Positions 61,263 through 64,000 of a stretch of 64,000 nucleotides of DNA are shown here, piece by piece. This DNA is from a virus. The notes under the pieces are model-generated. The model saw only the letters and a list, made by a program, of their open reading frames with translations, had not been told where the DNA came from and did not search any database. The translations under genes and the position numbers were made by a program. The stretch's first letter is position 1. Each line of letters opens with the position of its first letter. Where the stretch lies: IMG/VR virus record IMGVR_UViG_3300021197_001653, positions 32,001 to 96,000 of that record; one strand, written 5' to 3'.

Positions 61263-61520
61263 CTAACTACACATACATGTATTGTCTCCTCCACATTTAC
61301 ATTCATTAGGTTGCTCATTGTCAGTCTCTACACCGTTTTGTAATTTTTTTAATATTAAATATTTAATATCCTTAAAAGGAGTATCTTTTTCAATATCCTT
61401 TTTTACTAGAGATATTAAATAACCAATATCTTTATTATCAATTGACGGCACGGGATTGTCTTTAATTTTGTCATTTTTTATGACACTTTTAACTTGCTCA
61501 CTATTTTTATCGCTAGTCAT
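61263..61520 (-). CDS. Possible 85-aa protein overlapping the ribozyme core
   Basis: ATG overlaps the upstream TGA; frame is open through Q, P6, R and P8. Confidence 0.45.
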   Translation of the reverse strand: MTSDKNSEQVKSVIKNDKIKDNPVPSIDNKDIGYLISLVKKDIEKDTPFKDIKYLILKKLQNGVETDNEQPNECKCGGDNTCMCS

Positions 61521-62155
61521 TTTATTCTAGGTATTAATAAATTTCTTTGTAATTCTGCATATTTTTCAGATTTACTTACCATTAATTTAATAGTACTTAT
61601 CGTTAACTTATTTTTAGAAACAGGTTTAAATAAATTATTTATATAACCATTTGTATTCAATTTGTCAATAAATTGATTCCAGCTTCTATATGTATAAAAA
61701 TGATTTAGTCTATTATTTACAGGTACAACATCCATACTATTACGAATACTTGAACCACCACTTGAATAATGGGCTAATAAAATAGCATTATATGGTTTCA
61801 CACCATTATCTATCAAATCAACCATTTTAACTAATATTTTCTTTAATGTTCTAGTTCTAACATACCTACATAATTTAAAAAAGATTCTTTGATTTTTATT
61901 TTTAAATTTAATTTTACTTTCAAATATAAAACTTTCTTCTTTAATATTATGCAATTGCATTATTTTATCAAATTTCTTAAATAAAGTAATTAATAAAGTA
62001 CATTCTTCTTTACTACCTGTAAATTTATGAATATGGTGATTTTGATAACCATCACTACAATTCATATACATATGTATACTATATACATTACCACTACGCC
62101 ATTTATTATTACACGATGATGGTATTCTAGTCATTTTTGTTAAACTTGTTGCCAT
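61517..62155 (-). CDS. Intron-borne hypothetical protein in loop L5
   Basis: Lies between the P5 strands at 62173-62167 and 61465-61459. Confidence 0.7.
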   Translation of the reverse strand: MATSLTKMTRIPSSCNNKWRSGNVYSIHMYMNCSDGYQNHHIHKFTGSKEECTLLITLFKKFDKIMQLHNIKEESFIFESKIKFKNKNQRIFFKLCRYVRTRTLKKILVKMVDLIDNGVKPYNAILLAHYSSGGSSIRNSMDVVPVNNRLNHFYTYRSWNQFIDKLNTNGYINNLFKPVSKNKLTISTIKLMVSKSEKYAELQRNLLIPRIK

Positions 62156-62193
62156 TTTTTATTTTTTTAAAGAGTTTCCCCGTTAGCTAATAT

Positions 62194-62676
62194 TTATAAA
62201 TTTAATTGATCATTTCGTATATCAATTAATTGATTATACGAAATACCATCCACTCCTACTTTCTCACCAAAGTATTTTTTACTATAATTGGTGATGAAAT
62301 TTTTTCTACAAGGATTATCCTTACTAAACCCACCTACAACAACAAACTTATTTACTTGGGTACACCATACTAAATAGCATCTATTATCATGATTTAATTC
62401 TGCTACTATTCTGATTACTGCGTCAATAGTTGTTATTGGAAACCTACTTCTAACGATAGAAGTTAATTCAGATATAGACCTACTTGATGATCTATTACAT
62501 TGAATATTACCATTCTTGTGATATGTGTTTGGTCTTTTTTCTAAAAATTGTCTTAAGAAACTTTTTCTTGTCTTTGTTAATGGAATATCTGTTTCATTAA
62601 CATAAATTATTTTCGTGATAGTTTTCATTCTTATTATTAATATTAACCTCCAAAAATATCTAATAACTTTTTTCAT
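62194..62676 (-). CDS. Intron-borne hypothetical protein inserted just 5' of P4
   Basis: Stop codon lies about 10 nt before the P4 5' strand; probable paralogue of 50209. Confidence 0.7.
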   Translation of the reverse strand: MKKVIRYFWRLILIIRMKTITKIIYVNETDIPLTKTRKSFLRQFLEKRPNTYHKNGNIQCNRSSSRSISELTSIVRSRFPITTIDAVIRIVAELNHDNRCYLVWCTQVNKFVVVGGFSKDNPCRKNFITNYSKKYFGEKVGVDGISYNQLIDIRNDQLNL

Positions 62677-62705
62677 GTTATTTATTTAAAAGTTAGATTG
62701 TTTAT

Positions 62706-63611
62706 TTATTTTTTTATTGATGCATATGCTTCTGGCATCACACTTCTTTCTGCAAAATTTATAAATGGTTCTACTGCTTCCGATTTTGTTTTAGATAAAT
62801 CAGCTATAGCTTCTTCCATTAATCTTCCTTTTTTTTCTTCTTTGGAATTCTGAGTTTTAAGATTATTTTCTTTTGATACTTCTTTTTCTATTTTTTTTTC
62901 ATTTAATACATGTTCTCCAGGATTAAAATGATATACATTTATTGTATTTTTGGAATTATTATTAACATACGAGTATTGCAATTGAAATCCTAATCTTTCA
63001 ACAAAATCTTTTGCGGTACTTTGGTTATCTGTAATATGTGCAATTTTTGCAGCTCTATCAACATTTAAATGATCAAAGATAATTTTATAATCACTTATTA
63101 TTAAATTTTTATATCTACAATATACACCACTACTATTCTCAAAGTTAAATAATATTTGACAACCACAACAATCTGAATGTGGTGTTTGTTTAAATAAACT
63201 TATACCCGGTCCATTATTTTTAAATATTGATAGTTTACCATTAGAATCTTTTATACGAACAAATGAGGTATCACTAATACTTATTTGACTACTTCGTGAA
63301 TTTGAATTTGTTACTTTTAAATGTCTTTGATACCACGGTTCATTTAATACCATATCATTTTCATTTATTATTCTATTTATTATAACGCCATCAGATAGTT
63401 TTAAACCTTCTCGTATATGAAATGCCCATGAATATGTATATAATTCAGTTATAGGATGTTTAGAATTAGCAGGCCGACTACCTTTTTTATTATTTTGAAA
63501 AAAATAATATAGATTATTTAATTTAATTACATGACCTATTGTATATGTGCCATTAATACTTCCTTCTACATGTATCTGATCATTATCTGATAATTTTTCT
63601 AGTTCTTTCAT
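62706..63611 (-). CDS. Intron-borne hypothetical protein downstream of P2 (probable P2.1 loop)
   Basis: Flanked by AGAUU (63623-63619) / AAUCU (62699-62695); shares motifs with 60562. Confidence 0.7.
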   Translation of the reverse strand: MKELEKLSDNDQIHVEGSINGTYTIGHVIKLNNLYYFFQNNKKGSRPANSKHPITELYTYSWAFHIREGLKLSDGVIINRIINENDMVLNEPWYQRHLKVTNSNSRSSQISISDTSFVRIKDSNGKLSIFKNNGPGISLFKQTPHSDCCGCQILFNFENSSGVYCRYKNLIISDYKIIFDHLNVDRAAKIAHITDNQSTAKDFVERLGFQLQYSYVNNNSKNTINVYHFNPGEHVLNEKKIEKEVSKENNLKTQNSKEEKKGRLMEEAIADLSKTKSEAVEPFINFAERSVMPEAYASIKK

Positions 63612-63661
63612 TTTTTATAATCTTTTTTCCATATATATTACTATATACAGGGGCAAAATCT

Positions 63662-63832
63662 ACCCACTTTACTATTCGCTGTTATAAGATAATATTTACC
63701 TTTTTCTATACCAGGTAATTCATTTTCAAATCTTGGTAAACCCCATGGTATACAATTTACCTTTCCAGATAGAATTCTATTTTTTCTATCTACTAAATTT
63801 TCATAAACTCTACTATATAATGTCTTTTTCAT
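63662..63832 (-). CDS. dnaB: DnaB-like helicase, exon 1 (MKKTLY...IPWGLPRFE..LPGIEKGKYYLITANSKVG)
   Basis: Typical DnaB pre-Walker-A segment ending at VG; joined with exon 2 it gives a 372-aa protein. Confidence 0.9.
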
Positions 63833-63998
63833 ATATTTTTTCATACAATATTTTAAGATATTCATTTTGTGCATGAATATCATATTTTCCTTTATTGTTA
63901 ATAAATTGTGCTTTATTAACTTTTCTTCTACTTAACGACGGTATAACTATATATTTTTCAGTATGATATACCGTTTTTATAAATTCTTCTAATGTTAA
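63813..63998 (-). CDS. Hypothetical protein, 5'-truncated by the window edge
   Basis: Open frame LTLEEFIKTVYH...KDII* overlapping the dnaB start. Confidence 0.45.
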   Translation of the reverse strand, partial: LTLEEFIKTVYHTEKYIVIPSLSRRKVNKAQFINNKGKYDIHAQNEYLKILYEKIYEKDII

Positions 63999-64000
63999 CA

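Larger units (their letters stand above)
60088..63661 (-). mobile_element. 3574-nt group I intron in dnaB carrying six ORFs
   Basis: Exon 1 ends in U with a P1 U-G pair, and the intron ends in G. P/Q/R/S consensus-like elements and P2, P4-P8, P9, P9.1 and P9.2 pairings are present. Removal restores ANSKVGKT in frame. Confidence 0.92.

Noticed and set aside
60088-63661. Intein, split intein or DNA insertion element as the cause of the split dnaB
   Set aside because: No Cys/Ser1 or His-Asn junction residues, an in-frame stop follows 7 codons into the insert, and there is no target-site duplication or integrase. The RNA pairings and the U|...G| boundaries fit a group I intron.
63641-63883. 80-aa ORF as an independent gene
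   Set aside because: It is dnaB exon 1 plus read-through into P1/P2; the first 17 codons overlap the upstream gene.
1-64000. Stop-codon reassignment, as seen in some Crassvirales
   Set aside because: Genes are full length under code 11, and TAG and TGA both end genes at tight junctions.
1-64000. CRISPR array, tRNA/rRNA genes, DGR or reverse transcriptase
   Set aside because: No regularly spaced repeats, cloverleaf-like sequence or RT motifs were seen by eye; a tRNAscan run would be needed to exclude tRNAs fully.

Overview
AT-rich segment of a crAss-like (Crassvirales) phage, probably infecting a Bacteroidota (Flavobacteria-like) host, read with the standard genetic code. The + strand (1-31527) is the late module: tail-fibre and Ig/FN3 proteins, a lysis cassette, ring/tail-tube proteins, the muzzle protein, and the virion cargo genes, including a 2140-aa virion RNA polymerase with the DFDID motif. 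It meets the - strand block at a bidirectional terminator near 31570. The - strand block (31642-64000) carries replication and metabolism genes: SF2 helicase, NrdAB, dUTPase, PD-(D/E)xK and RusA-like nucleases, a degenerate UDG, primase, SSB, an AAA ATPase and a NARP1-like Prs+Nampt pair. It also has a cluster of amidoligase, ATP-grasp, glutamine amidotransferase and GGCT genes. The main finding is that the DnaB helicase gene is split inside its Walker A motif (VG|KT) by a 3574-nt group I intron (60088-63661). The ribozyme pieces (P1, P2, P4-P8, P9, P9.1, P9.2, omega-G) are scattered among six ORFs. Five ORFs sit in separate loops and one reads through the catalytic core. None is a recognisable homing endonuclease. 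All pairings were found by eye; no folding or database search was run.
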